From the NCBI RefSeq assembly GCF_028641065.1, contig NC_073398.1, positions 24,986,001 through 25,050,000 on the forward strand: a stretch of 64,000 bases of DNA, in the 5' to 3' direction. The stretch is from Leucoraja erinacea (lineage: Eukaryota). The notes beneath the pieces are model-generated. The model had not been told where the DNA came from and searched no databases. It saw only the letters and a list, made by a program, of their open reading frames with translations. Shown one piece after another: positions 51,571 to 64,000 of this stretch. How positions within the stretch are numbered: position 1 is the first letter of the stretch; each line of letters starts with the position of its first letter. Made by a program: the position numbers and the translations under genes.

Positions 51571-52374
51571 TAGCCTTTACAAGTTATATTTTTCACAGAC
51601 AGTGAGTTCACAGACTGGTTTATGAGATGGAATTCAGTCATCAAGACTACCGTGAATGAAAAGAGACAGAATGTGGATGAGTGATGAGTAAATCCAACTA
51701 GATGTCATCTTTAAGGACCAGTTGTTTAAATATCTACCACTGTTCATTCACTGACCTGTCTCTTAGCTTGTTAACCCAGAACACCTTTGACTACTCCTCG
51801 CTGATACCATGATGATTGTCCTTCTTCAAACTGAAGACATTTGATGTTTAATTTGGTTTAGTTTATTATTATTATTGTTGTGTGTACCAAAGTACAGTGA
51901 AAAGCATTTGTTGCATGCTATCCAGTCAAAGAGAAGATTATGGATGATTACAATCAAGTTGTCTACAGTGTACAGATAAAGGATAAAGTTTGATTTGTCC
52001 AGTCAATTATATAGACTAGCCAGTTAGGCCTTCTGCATTCAGCTGCAGCATGGTGATGCCATCCGGTTCGACATCCGTGGATGCCCGCCCTAAAAAGGGC
52101 GCATGCTCCGGTTTGGCACCAAGCTGCGGCGACTGAGGTTGCATTATTTCTGCTGCTGTCTCTGTTTGTTGTCGTTCGCCTGACTGAAGTAAGTTGACAT
52201 GGGGAGGTCGACAACATGAGCCCCACCCCCACCCCCCAGCCACCATCAGGCTCTTGAACACTATACAACACTAACCTCAGCAACTACGATCTTCTAAGAA
52301 CTGATCTCGGCTTTTACACTATTATAGTTACCTTATGTTATGGTTATTATTTTATTGTATTTTTGACCATATTA

Positions 52375-53510
52375 TCTATATTACTAAAAGTCTCATCTTG
52401 AACACTTCCTGTTGCACTGTATATTGATTTTAGAAAAAACCCTGCCACCTACGACTGTGATTTTTGGCCATCTTACTCAGAGTCCTCCACCGCTGGTCAG
52501 GACATGAGGATTTTTCCCATCGATGAAAAATAAAAGACCAGGAAGTGTGGAGGTGCCTCAGTTCTCTGCAAGATGGGGGAGCGAGAGGTTGCAATTCTCA
52601 GTCTGAGCTGTGAATAACACTGAACACATGTCTACTAAACTGTGAGTGGTTTGACTGACCTGTCAGGATCTTTAGCATTCTCAAACCAAATGCTTTTTTG
52701 GTTTGAGAATGCAAAAGTTGCCTTGCCTAATTGAAAAATTGGTTTGAGAATGTTAAAGTTGCCTTGCCTAATTGAAAAGTTGGTTTGAGAATGCTAAAGT
52801 TGCCTTGCCTAATTGAAAAGTTGGTTTGAGAATGCTAAAGTTGCCTTGCCGTCTATATAATTAAAAGTGTAATCTTGACCACTTCCTGTTTGCGCTGTAT
52901 ATTGATTTTAGGAAAAACACTACCACGTACGGCTGTGATTTTTGGCCATATTACTCAGTCCCCCTCTGCTCATCAGGTGCCAAGGATTTTCCCATTGATG
53001 AAAAATAAAAGATTTATTAGTGTTTAAAAAATGGTGAGATTCTCCCTCCTGTCAATCATGCCATGAAGGCCATGCCCCTTCTGGTGGGAGGGACTATAAA
53101 ACCTGGATGTGTGGGTGTGGCAGTCTCTGCAAGAAGGGGAAGGGAGAGGTCACGACTCTGTCTTTAGTGGCCTTGTACCCTGCTTGAAATGGTATGAAAC
53201 TGCATTTGAATTTGGTGGCCTTGCACCCTGCTTGAAATGGTATGAAACAGCACTTGAATTTGGTGGCCTTGCACCCTGCTTGAAGTGGCATTTCAAGGAA
53301 TAGCCGTGAGTCAACTGCCAGCCCACCAGCCTTGAGTGAGTGAGCTGCCAGCACACCAGGCTGGAGTGACTGAGCTGCCAGCCCAAGAATCCATTCGGCC
53401 CACAATGTCCATACTAGCCCTCTGGAACCCAGTCCCTTCAGCCCACAACACCCATACTTGCGCTCCAGAAAGCCCCCCCGCCACCCCCCAACGGGTCCCA
53501 CTTAGTCTAG
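52375..53510 (+). mobile_element. Non-autonomous Helitron-like element with duplicated 5' end and internal minisatellites
   Basis: A|TC...CTAG|T termini; second TC-end at 52852; ~41-bp repeat x4 and ~48-bp repeat x2.5. Confidence 0.7.
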
Positions 53511-53724
53511 TAATATCGATAAGTGTTATTGCATTTATGGGCCTGTTAAGTTACAAAGTAATAATTTCATTGTTCCATTGTTGATACATATAACAATTAA
53601 ACACTCTTGACTCTTGCATTATCAAGTTGACACATTTAGGGAGTCTATAGATACTCCCACCAATATCTTCCTTTTCATGCTGCTCATGATTTCAACCCAA
53701 ACCAATTTTGCATTGCAGTTCAGA

Positions 53725-54185
53725 TCAGTCTGAAGAAGGGTCTTGATCCGAAATGTCACCCATTCCTTCTCTCCAGAGATGCTGCCTGTCCCGCTGAGTT
53801 ACGCCAGCATTTTGTGTCTATCTTCGTTTAGTCTGAAGGCAGATCGGTCAGAGGCACTGCATCTGCAGTTCTGTCCTGCACACACAGTCCACTGCTTCTA
53901 TATCAGAACGGAACAGTGAATGATACCTTCCTTGATTAACAATGTTACTCTGTCTCCTTTTCCTTTTGGCCTATTTCTTGCAACATTGTATAACCTGGAA
54001 TATTGAAATCCCAGTCCTAGTCACTCTGCAACTGTATCTCCATAACAGAGACCAGTATCATTATGTGTGAGAAAGAACTGCAGATGCTGGTTTAAATCGA
54101 AGGTAGACACAAAATGCTGGAGTAACTCAGCGGGACAGGCAGCATCTCTGGAGAGAAGGAATGGGTGACGTTTTGGGTCGAGACA
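53725..54185. mobile_element. Tail-to-tail pair of Penelope-like terminal repeats
   Basis: + copy 53725-53885, - copy 54065-54185. Confidence 0.7.
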
Positions 54186-54297
54186 TCGATCGGTCAGAGG
54201 CACTGCATCTCTCACTGTGGATCCCCCTCTAATTGTGGAAGTGTCTCCACCCCGTGACATTATAAGCTCCACTGCCTAGCCTCACTTCGCACATTTA

Positions 54298-55280
54298 GTA
54301 ATAATAATAATAATAATAAATTTTATTTAATGGGCGCCTTTCAGACATCTCAAGGACACCTTGTATAGATTAATCGGAATAAAAACATATAATCGGAATA
54401 AATTAAGTAATAAAGACATCACAGAGACACAAATTAAAAACAGAATCCAATCCAAAAACAGAAAATCAAAAACACAATGTGAAGAGAGAGCAGCGGCAGC
54501 CAAAGCGCGCCAGCGTCCACTCTCTCTTCACGGCAGCCATCTAGGACACAGACTTACAGGATTACAATTAGACAAAAAAAATCATCCCCCCACAGTGGTT
54601 AGCACTGTGGGGGAAGGCACAATGTCCAGTCCCCACCCCAAGTTCACCCCAAAGTCAGGCCTATTGAGGCCACCGCAATTGCCTCTACGGAGGCCCGATG
54701 TCCCTGGCCGTTCTCACCGGGTGGTCTTGTCCCGGCGTCAGGAGAGTCTTTTGGGCGGCTGTGCCACCTGGAACCGCCGCTTCCTGGTTGGAGACAGCGG
54801 CAGCTGAAGCCGACAAGGCCGCGCCGGTTTGTAGCTCCCAGGCTCCCGATGATAAAGTCCGCGCCGTCTCTCCGCACTGCTGCCTCACCGCACTGCCGCC
54901 TCTCCTCACTGCCACCTCTCCGCACGCCGCCTCTCCGCTCCGCAGACCCGCAGCCCGGAGATGTTGCTCTCGGCGGTCCAGCTCACCAGAGCTCCAGCGC
55001 GGCGACCCACCGAGGCCGAGGTGCTGGGCGGTCCCCGCCAAGAAACGGCGCTCCAAGCCCACTGGTAGGCCACGAGGACGGGTCGACGGGCAGCCCGGAG
55101 AAAAGGCTGCCACACCGACCAGGTAGGGACCTAGAAATAAAGTTTACACCTACCCCCCACATTAAAAAGTCCATATCCCCTACAAACAGAAAACAAGACT
55201 CACTAAAAACTATTAAAAAAACGAATTAAAACGGATGGCTGCTGGCTAGCAGCCGTTCACCAAGATGGCTCCTCCTCCTC
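54298..55280 (-). mobile_element. GC-rich interspersed repeat with (TAA)n tail (unclassified retroposon)
   Basis: (taa)n end, L2-like gggcgcctttcag..ctcaagg tail; internal part bounded by gccatct/agatggc. Confidence 0.45.
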
Positions 55281-55517
55281 AGATGCTTAGTAGCTGAATT
55301 AGATCTAACAAATAAATATTCAATGTGAAAAAATACAAACCATTTATAAAGATCAAAAGATGGAGGTGTTTCATTATCAAGTTTGGTCTGTCCATGTGTT
55401 GAATCTCAGGCTCTTTTGCAGTATGGCTTGTTCACCACATTTCAGTCCCAATCCTAAAAACCACAAGCACAATTTATCATGTATTAATTTAAGTCGCATG
55501 CACTTTGCAAGTGAGTA

Positions 55518-55799
55518 TTAATGAAGATACGAGAGTGCATTTAGATCTGCATTAACAGCTTCAGCAAGCTGGAAGCATTTGTCCAATCCTTCCAGCGGGC
55601 CAGAACATGGGTTCCAAAGATTTAAGCAGATTTCGGAGAACGTGTGTAGAACAGGTGGGTGATGTGAATTGGAGGAGGATGTGAGGTCAGATCTAAGGCT
55701 AGATACCATGAATGAGACATCGGATGAGGAGGAGGTAGTTAGATTTGTAATCAGGTGGGGGCTTAATACTTGCCTTCTCGTGAGTGGGTGACTAAGCTG
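55518..55799 (-). CDS. Candidate terminal exon of an unidentified gene
   Basis: Pyrimidine-rich acceptor ttccag|cag followed by 93 open codons to TAA; no recognised homology. Confidence 0.25.
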   Translation of the reverse strand, partial: QLSHPLTRRQVLSPHLITNLTTSSSSDVSFMVSSLRSDLTSSSNSHHPPVLHTFSEICLNLWNPCSGPLEGLDKCFQLAEAVNADLNALSYLH

Positions 55800-56029
55800 C
55801 TGGAAATGGTGTGTAAATGACAGGAGAAAAATATAGAAATAATTTATGCATTTTCATGAAACATTTGAAAAAAATGGTAACAAATTGATTTTTTCTGACA
55901 TTTTAAGCATGGATTTTTACAGATACTTAGTTGTTGAATCAGATTCCACTGTATTAACTGCCTGTCTATGGGGAAAGTCGTGCTTTGGGACATAAAATGG
56001 ATGGATGCACAACTCATTTATTGTATTCA

Positions 56030-57150
56030 AGAAGGAACTGCAGATGCTGGAAGATCGAAGGTACACAAAAATGCTGGAGAAACTCAGCGGGTGCAGCAGC
56101 ATCTATGGAACGAAGGAAATAGGCGACGTTTCGGGCCGAAACCCTTCTTCAGACTGATGGGGGGTGGGGGGGGAGAAGGAAGGAAAAAGGGAGGAGGAGG
56201 AGCCATGGGCGGGGAAATGGGAGGAGACAGCTCGAGGGTTAAGGAAGAGGAGGAGACTGCAAGGGCTAGCAAAACTGGGGGAATTCAACGTTCATGCCAC
56301 CCGGATGCAAGCAACCCAGGCGGAATATGAGGTGCTGTTCCTCCAATTTCCGGTGTTGCTCACTCTGGCAATGGAGGAGACCCAGGACAGAGAGGTCGGA
56401 TTGGGAATGGGAGGGGGAGTTGAAGTGCTGAGCCGCCGGGAGTTCAGGTAGGTTATTGCGGACTGAGCGGAGGTGTTCGGCGAAAATGATCGCCCAACCT
56501 CCGCTTAGTCTCCCCGATGTAAATCAGCTGACATCTAGAGCAGCGGATGCAGTAGATGAGGTTGGAGGAGATACAGGTGAACCTTTGTCGCATCTGGAAT
56601 GACTGCTTGGGTCCTTGAATGGAGTCGAGGGGGGGAGGTGAAGGGACAGGTGTTGCATTTCTTGCGGTTGCAACGGAAAGTGCCCGGGAAGGGGGTGGTA
56701 CGGGAGGGAAGGGAAGAATTGACAAGGGAGTTGCGGAGGGAGCAGTCTTTGCGGAAGGCAGACATAGGGGGAGATGAGAAGATGTGGCGAGTGGTGGGGT
56801 CACGTTGGAGGTGGCGGAAATGGCGAAGAATTATTTGTTGTATTTGCTGGCTGGTGGGGTGAAAGGTGAGGACTAGGGGAACTCTGCCCTTGTTGCGAGT
56901 GCGGGGATGGGGAGAGAGAGCAGAGTTGCGGGGTATGGATGAGACCCTGGTGCGAGCCTCATCTATGGTGGCAGAGGGGAATCCCCGTTCCCTGAAGAAC
57001 GAGGACATTTCCGATGCCCTGATGTGGAACGTCTCATCCAGGGAACAGATGCGGCGTAGGCGGAGGAATTGGGAGTAGGGGATGGAATCTTTACAGGGGG
57101 CAGGGTGGGAAGACGTGTAGTCCAGATAGCCATGTGAGTCAGTTGGTTTG
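56030..57150 (-). mobile_element. 5'-truncated Penelope-like retroelement (RT C-terminus, Cys linker, GIY-YIG, terminal repeat)
   Basis: FRERGFP..VPLVLTFHP..CNRKKCNTC..NLIYCIRCSRCQLIYIGETKRRL; hammerhead-like core 56125-56152. Confidence 0.9.
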
Positions 57151-58349
57151 TATCAATTGTACAATCTCATAATGGAAACCATTATTTACAGTCACTCTTG
57201 GGGTGCTCTTGTTGCTAGTAAGGCCGACATGTATTGTTGAATCCATGTTGCTGTAGTTGCATGGAGCCACTTCACATGAAAGTACAAATAACTGTGGGAC
57301 TGGAAGGAGAAATTGGTTAAACTGGTGAAGATGGTGAATGTCCTATCTTGAAGGAATTTAAAAACCAGAACAAACTTTCATGATAGTCTAACAGATTCAT
57401 GGTCAGTTTTACCAATGCAAAATTTTCATTTTGGTGCCCATCCACCCAGTCTCCTTATTCACCCATCAAAACCCATCTCCCATGTCTGTTATCAAAGTCC
57501 ATAATCCAGCAACCAGCTCTCCCTCAATATCCATTTATTATTTCTCAGCCATTGAAACCCAACCATTCAGCTTCTAATTTTCCCATCAAAGACCACCCCT
57601 CAATCCTCTTGTTCTCCCCCATTAAAGCCAACCTTTCGGCTCATCAATACCCAACCCTCTTGCTCTCTAATTTTGCATGAAAGCCATCCTCCAATGCCAC
57701 CATTCTTTAGTTGGTCACCCTTCCAGTCCCCTAATTTTCTCTAGTTAATTATTTATTTTTATGTGATTTAAAGTTTGCCAAATATTTCATGGATTGTAAG
57801 AGGCTGATTGTGAACTAGCATGGAGAGCTTTCTTCATTCATTTATACCTGGGATAGTTAATTTAAATTTTAATTTGTCCATCTGGTATCTCCTCCAAAGC
57901 TATGTTATTCCTATCATTTCATTCAAAGGGTCTTCTCGGATAATGTTTTTCGATCACTGTCTAAACATGTCCTCCTTTTCCTTCTTTACACTGCTTTCTG
58001 AGTTCAACCATGGAAAAACTCATCTAATTAATTCACATACAAGATTCAACTGTTCAGCATTCGCCCTCCATCTGCACTGATATTTCTGCAGCTATAAATT
58101 ATCTCCCTCACACTCCTGCTTCCACCTTTGATCTTTCAAATCCATTAACACTTTTAATCCCTCACCCTAATTGTTGTTCATTACAGCTCTCATATCCACT
58201 CGCCTAAACTGAAGGGATTTTATGGACTGTAAAAACAAGGAACTACACATTATAGTAAACAAATATAGACACAAATTGCTGGAGTAATCAGGCAGATCAG
58301 GCAGCATCTCTGGAGCATACGGATAGGTGATGCTTTGGTCGGGATCCTT

Positions 58350-60400
58350 CTAAACTACTAGTTTGGCCAACCTTCATTCTTCTAAACACCAAGAAATACG
58401 GGTGGAAACAATGTGATTCCCTTGGTAGGCCAACCATCTCTTCCCAAGAGTTAGTCTGGTTTTTCTCTGTAATGATATTATACCTTTTTTGGGGGTAAGA
58501 GAACAAAACCAGTTTTCCAGATGTGGCCTTACGATTGCAACAAAACCATATTTATTTTCAAATTTAATCTCCACCACCTTTACAATAAAGGCCATAAAGC
58601 GATTTGTCTTCTTAACTATTTGTTGGACATGCATACTAAGTTTTTGTGATGCATACATTGAACCCTCTGAACCTCACTCACTGGCAGTCTTTTTCCAAAG
58701 AGCTTGACCATGCACTTCCCCACTTCAAAATGCATTTGTCAATCTTTTGCCTACTCATTCAATCTATCTATATCCCATTGCAGAAACACAGTGTCCTTAT
58801 CATACTATGCTTTTCACTAATTTTCATACCATCGGCAAATTTGGGAACCTTATATTGCCGTTCCTTCCTCCAAGTAAATAAGGAACAATTGCCGGCCAAT
58901 AACTGATTCGTGCACTGAATCAACTGATTAGACCTCCATGCAGTCTGAAAAGGACCCATTTGTTGCAATTCATTTTTTTTCTGATTCATGAACTAGCCTC
59001 TAAGTGGCCACTTTTCATATGCCTTTTGGAGATCTAAGTGTGCCATATTCACAGGTACCCCTCTATCGACTCCCACCATTACATTCTCAAGATATCAAAC
59101 AAAGTTTTGAAGCATCATTTACATTTCTTAAAAAATATGTTAACTAGGCTTTAATTACCTTTTCTAAATGATTATCAATTTCCTCTTTGTTTATTAACTT
59201 TGACATCTTGCCCAATAGTGGCTGTTAAAAGAACTAACCCGTAATTCCCCTGCCATCTGCCTTTCCCCCTCATTTGAACATGGGCGTCTAATTGGCTGTT
59301 TTCCAAACCCTGCTACCCTCCCAAACTGTGAGTTACCATAAATTTCAACCAATGGGTTCATTATCTGAGAGTCACAAGAAACTGTGGATGCTGGAATCGT
59401 GAGTAAATCACAAAGTGCTGGAGTAACTCAGTGGGTCAGGCAGTATCTTTGGGAGGAATGGTTCAGCCAACATGTTGGGTCTGAACCCTTCTTCTTTTCT
59501 TTCTTTTAAAATCTTTTTATTGGATTTTTTTCCAAAAAACGGAGACAAAACATAAAAACAGAGCAAAAAGAAAATGAATAATGATATTGATACATAGGGA
59601 TCAGGATTACATTAATAACAGGTATAACCTAATATGAGACCAGTGTCAAAATACACATTGAATATAGACCTCCCGGTCTCTATGTAAATATAGTTAAGTC
59701 TTTAAAAGAAAACTTGTAAATGTAGGGAAAAAAACACCAAGATAAAAAGACAGAAAGAAAAGGAAAAAAGGAAAAAACCCTTCTTCAAATGGTCATTATC
59801 TCTACACCCACCAAGCATCCAGTCCATTGGATCCTGGCAACTTGTCTGCCTTTAATCCCCTGCATTCCTCTAATACATTATCGCTTGTAATTGGGATTCT
59901 TGTAAGTTCTACCATGTTATCTGAAATTAGCCCATATGGAATCTTAGGAATATTAGCATTGTGTTTCATGGTGAAGACTGATACAAAATATGTATTCGCC
60001 ATATATGCCGGTTCTTTGTTTGCTGTTAGTAATTCTCTAGTTATTTTCTCCAAAGGCACCATATTTACCTTTGTTGCCCCATTCCTATCGATATGCATCC
60101 ACAAAATATTTACAGTTGTTTTTGTACTACATACAAGCTTTCTCTAAAAATGTATTTATTTGTTCTTAATAGCTTTTTAGCCTTTTGCTACTGTATCTTT
60201 AAAATCTTCCCAGTCCTCTGGTGTACCACTAGTCCTTGCCACTTTGATACCCTGCTTTTCAATTTAATATTATCCTTTGCCTCCTTTATTATTGCCCCAA
60301 ACTCCTTGTAACCCTGCAACAGAAACTCCTTCTTCGTCCTAGCTATGTCATCAGTCCCTACATGGAACACGACCACTGATTCCTCCCACCCATTCCAAGT
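58350..60400 (-). mobile_element. Old CR1 LINE remnant with nested insertions
   Basis: VRPHLE, KFADG, GLKADKLPG, VVFHVGTDDI (ORF1 esterase-like) fragments. Confidence 0.7.
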
Positions 60401-61997
60401 TCTTCTCTAGTCCAGAAGCGATGTCCATAAATAACCACAGCACTAGGCTGGCAACAGCCTGGAGAATGATCAGTCTGGTGCACATTGTTAAGCTTTTCAT
60501 CACATTAATATTACGCAATGACTTTCTCATCAAAATAATTATTTCCTCTTGACATTCAGTGATACTGTTGTCACCGAGTGCCCTATGATTGACATCTTGG
60601 GGACCACCATTGATCATCAGAAGCTTAAATGGTGCAGCCACATAAACATGGTGACTACGAGTGGAGGGTATTATGTGGCATGTAACTTGCCTTGCTGTGC
60701 AAAAGCTTAGCCCAACCTATAATACTAAGTCGGGAATATGATGGAGTACTCTCCACCTATCTGAATAAATTTAGTTCCATTGGTGCTTATGAAGCTGTGT
60801 GCAAACCAGAGTGAAACGGCTTGCTTGGGATGCCATTCACTTTGCTTGAACAAGGATTTCTTCCATGCTGTGACTGGAGAATATTTTATCTGCAAGATGC
60901 ATTCCAGCAGTTCATCGAAACTCAATTAACACCATTTCCGAAAGCCATGATCTCTATCACATGAAGGAAACAAGGGTGGTAAACACATAAAAACAGCCTG
61001 CAGAAGCTAAATTTCCCTCCAAGTCACCACCTACAAATTTCCCTCTCATGTAATACATCATCCTGACTTTTAAATATTTTGTCTTTTTTTAAATATTAAT
61101 TGAATCCTAGAACTCCTTACCTAGCAAATACTGTGGAAGTACGTGCATTGCACAAACTGCAGCAACTCAGGAAGATGGATCACCATTACCTCAAACATGT
61201 GCAGGGATGGGCAATAAATAAATGTAGCATATTCTATGCTAAATAAAAAAATTGTTAAGATGAGTAAAAGGAGTTAATATATAGAGATCTTCTATGAGCG
61301 AATTGAATGGTAAACAGATTTGGGAAGTGAAGGGCCTCTTCTTATTCTTAATACGTAGGGCTTACCTGTCATCTCACCCACACATAGTAGTCAATAATTT
61401 CTGTCAGTCCGTCGGCAGTCAAATCACAAGTAGAATTTAGGATCAATAGATTTAACTTTTTGTTATTTTTTATGCTCTTTATATGTAGGAGTTATATGCT
61501 CAAGGAGTTAAATTATATGGATTCGTGAAATTATTTGTATTATAATTGTCAGTATTTATAAGCATCAGCTCCTTGTAACCATGGAAACAATATGTTCAAT
61601 GTTATCAACGCAGTGCTCAATTGGAGCTTGGAATCTGTAACCATGCGAGATAAAATAGACACAAAGTTAGCCTCTGCTTTCGGCAAAGGCATTGAAAATG
61701 ACGTAATTCAGCCTCTTTCATCTACAATATATATAAATATATCTGATATCCATACAAATACATTGATTCATACATCTGGTATCTCCGAAGAATGCATCTA
61801 TATATTTATGCAGAGAACATGCATCCATTACATCTTTCAAATGTTGTACAGTGCACACGTATGTTACAATTGCTGCCACATTTACTCAGGACTACTGAGG
61901 TGGATCTGATACTATAATAATATGATAGTAAATAAAACAAGGAATTCAACAGTTCAGACAGTATCTGTGCAGGGAATTGACAGAGTAGTAAATCTAC

Positions 61998-62067
61998 CAG
62001 TGTACAATAGGTTTTATTTGATGTCATTAGAGAACTTCCTGCACTTCTGGGAAAGTTGTATAGATCC
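61998..62067 (-). CDS. Candidate internal exon of an unidentified gene
   Basis: tgtag|G GAT CTA...ACA CTG|gtagat; open, phase 2->0. Confidence 0.2.
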
Positions 62068-63198
62068 CTACATATTAGATTTAAGATGTGAGGCTTAAAT
62101 TTGCTGCACTTGTAGTGTACTAATAATTCATGCTCGAGATGCATCCCCAGTGGAGGCGTCATTTTACAGCATCAAGCCCTCCATGTTCTGACCCGAAACG
62201 TGGTCTGTCCATTCCCTTCACTATCTGACTTGCTGAGCACCTCCAGCAGTTTGTTTTTTGATGAGCAAGACAATATCTTTTCATTGTTCATTTTTATTCT
62301 GCATCATGCATCCATCCCCATATTAGTACTAATATTTGTGATCAAAGTATAGGAGTAGGAGTTATTGACTGATCCTAATGGTGTTGACAGAATTAAATGC
62401 TACTGGTGACATTGGTTGGGAATTTTGGGCAGATTTAGACTCGGCTACCTGTGCTTTTATTAGGTCTGGTAAAGTTGGGAAAGGTGTGAACATCAGCATT
62501 CACTTTGTTGCACAACACTGTCCAGGGTTAAACGGGTTGCTGATAATAATCATCTAAAAATGGTATGCTTGGGCCTTGGACTGCATCCTGCTGAGACAGA
62601 GGCTACATCAGTTGATAAAAAGCTGCGTTTTAATTCCCGTCAGAAATTATGTACTGTTGGAAACAGATGAGTTGTAATAAAAATAAACTAATAGATCAAA
62701 TCCCCATATACACCCACAAGAAATAACCTCCTGCCATTCACTCCTGTTGTGCAGAACCCTAATGTACCAAGCCTACTGCTTAATTCAGCTTTGGGTATGA
62801 TTGGTACATTAAAGTTGTGTTATAGAAGGCATTGTTTAGTTACAAAGGATACAAAGGATATTTATTATCACATACACCAAATGGTGTAGTGAAATTTGAC
62901 TTGCCAATGCAGCACACGAATAAAGATAAGACACAACATTAAAGAATTTAACAATAAACATAAAAACATTTAGTTTTGTTAAATGTGGGTGATGGTCTGT
63001 AATGAGTAGCTGATTAAATAGAACTTGGAATGCGGGCTGTTGTGTGAATGTTTCAGGCAGTCTATAAATGTCCGCGTTCAGGAATATTAAGTCCTGAGTA
63101 ACCACTTCAGCTTGTCACGATTCAGCCTAAAGGCCATCACCTTTTTTGTTAAAAGCAGTGAATCATGCCTGCTGTGACTAACAAACACACATTCTTAC

Positions 63199-63305
63199 TT
63201 TGTACCTCTGTACACTTCAGGATAATTAAGCTGCATTGTCAGACTCTCCAAGATGCTCACACTGTCAGTCCTATTATTATGCAGTGTTAACTTCCTCTTG
63301 GCTTC
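63199..63305 (-). CDS. Candidate internal exon of an unidentified gene
   Basis: ctgcag|EAKRKLTLHNNRTDSVSILESLTMQLNYPEVYRGT AA|gtaaga; open, phase 0->2. Confidence 0.3.
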
Positions 63306-63459
63306 CTGCAGTCATGGCTAATGTGTGTGTTTTAAAACTTGAGCACTTTGGAGGTCAGGATGACTGATGTCATGGGTCTACTACCTCTTATGATTTTACT
63401 CATTTGGGGCACTTTTCTGTAAATTTCAAATTTTTCCTATAAAATAGAAACACATATTA

Positions 63460-63750
63460 CTGTATAGAATAAAACTGGGAAGGTGGCACAACCATGGCTG
63501 ACGAGGGAAGTCAAGGATAGTGTTAATTCCAAGGAAGAGGCATATAAATTGGCCAGAAGAATGTAGAACAGTGGAGGACAAAGGGGTTAATTAAGAAGGG
63601 GAAAAAAGAGCATGAAAGAAAGCTTGCGGGAAATATGAAAACTGACTGTAAAAGTTTAGGTATGTAAAAAGGAAAAGACTAGAGCAGACAAACAAACGTA
63701 CAGTCAGAGACAGGTGAATTTATAATGAGAAACAAGACAATAGCAGAACA
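63460..63750 (+). mobile_element. CR1 LINE fragment
   Basis: QPWLTREVKD-like segment. Confidence 0.55.
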
Positions 63751-63754
63751 GTTA

Positions 63755-64000
63755 AGGGCCTATCCCACTTACGCGACCTTGGCTCGCAAATTACGCTACC
63801 TCGTGGTCGCTTGAGGCGTACAGGCACCGTATGACTGAGCGGGGCCGGTCCCACTTAGAAGCGCGGAGTTGTGCAGGGCTGGTCCCGACATCGTGCGGGG
63901 CTCCGAAATTCTGGCAGTGGCCAAAATCTTTGCTCGCCAACGGCCTGTCGGTTTGCAGGCGCATTGCAGTCGTACGCAGCGTCTTGACGTTGTACGCAGC
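63755..64000. mobile_element. Harbinger-like MITE (runs off the window)
   Basis: TTA|agggcctatcccactta terminus resembles the 1738 element. Confidence 0.55.

Noticed and set aside
54361-55229. GC-rich ORF cluster resembling a CpG-island gene
   Set aside because: Lies inside an interspersed repeat with a (TAA)n tail; no recognisable protein
61360-61725. Strong donor (ACAG|gtaagc) and the MKEAELRHFQC segment on the minus strand
   Set aside because: Stops in all three frames just before the donor; no good donor for the MKEAEL segment

Overview
Eukaryotic (vertebrate) genomic DNA, most likely from a cartilaginous fish (skate/ray-like), judged from its V-SINE, CR1 and Penelope repeat families. 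It carries the conserved LMF2 (-, coding exons 1-2 only) / NCAPH2 (+, 20 coding exons that I could splice into a continuous ~608-aa CDS) / SCO2 (-) cluster. LMF2 and NCAPH2 sit head-to-head on a CpG-rich promoter, and SCO2 has its own promoter with a ZNF143/THAP11-type motif. Introns and intergenic DNA are full of retro- and DNA-transposon remnants: CR1 and Rex1/Babar LINEs, V-SINEs, a Tc1 IR/DR element, Harbinger-like and other MITEs, Helitron-like elements, and Penelope-like GIY-YIG elements. The most notable signals are: (i) about 15 copies of a Penelope 3' terminal repeat with a minimal hammerhead-ribozyme core and covarying stem II, including a palindromic double copy; (ii) a 34-bp near-perfect intronic hairpin; (iii) a long N-terminal open extension of SCO2, with a splice-site-rich minisatellite in its intron; (iv) phase-compatible candidate exons of an unrecognised gene upstream of SCO2, where TYMP lies in human. 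All calls were made by eye; no searches were run.
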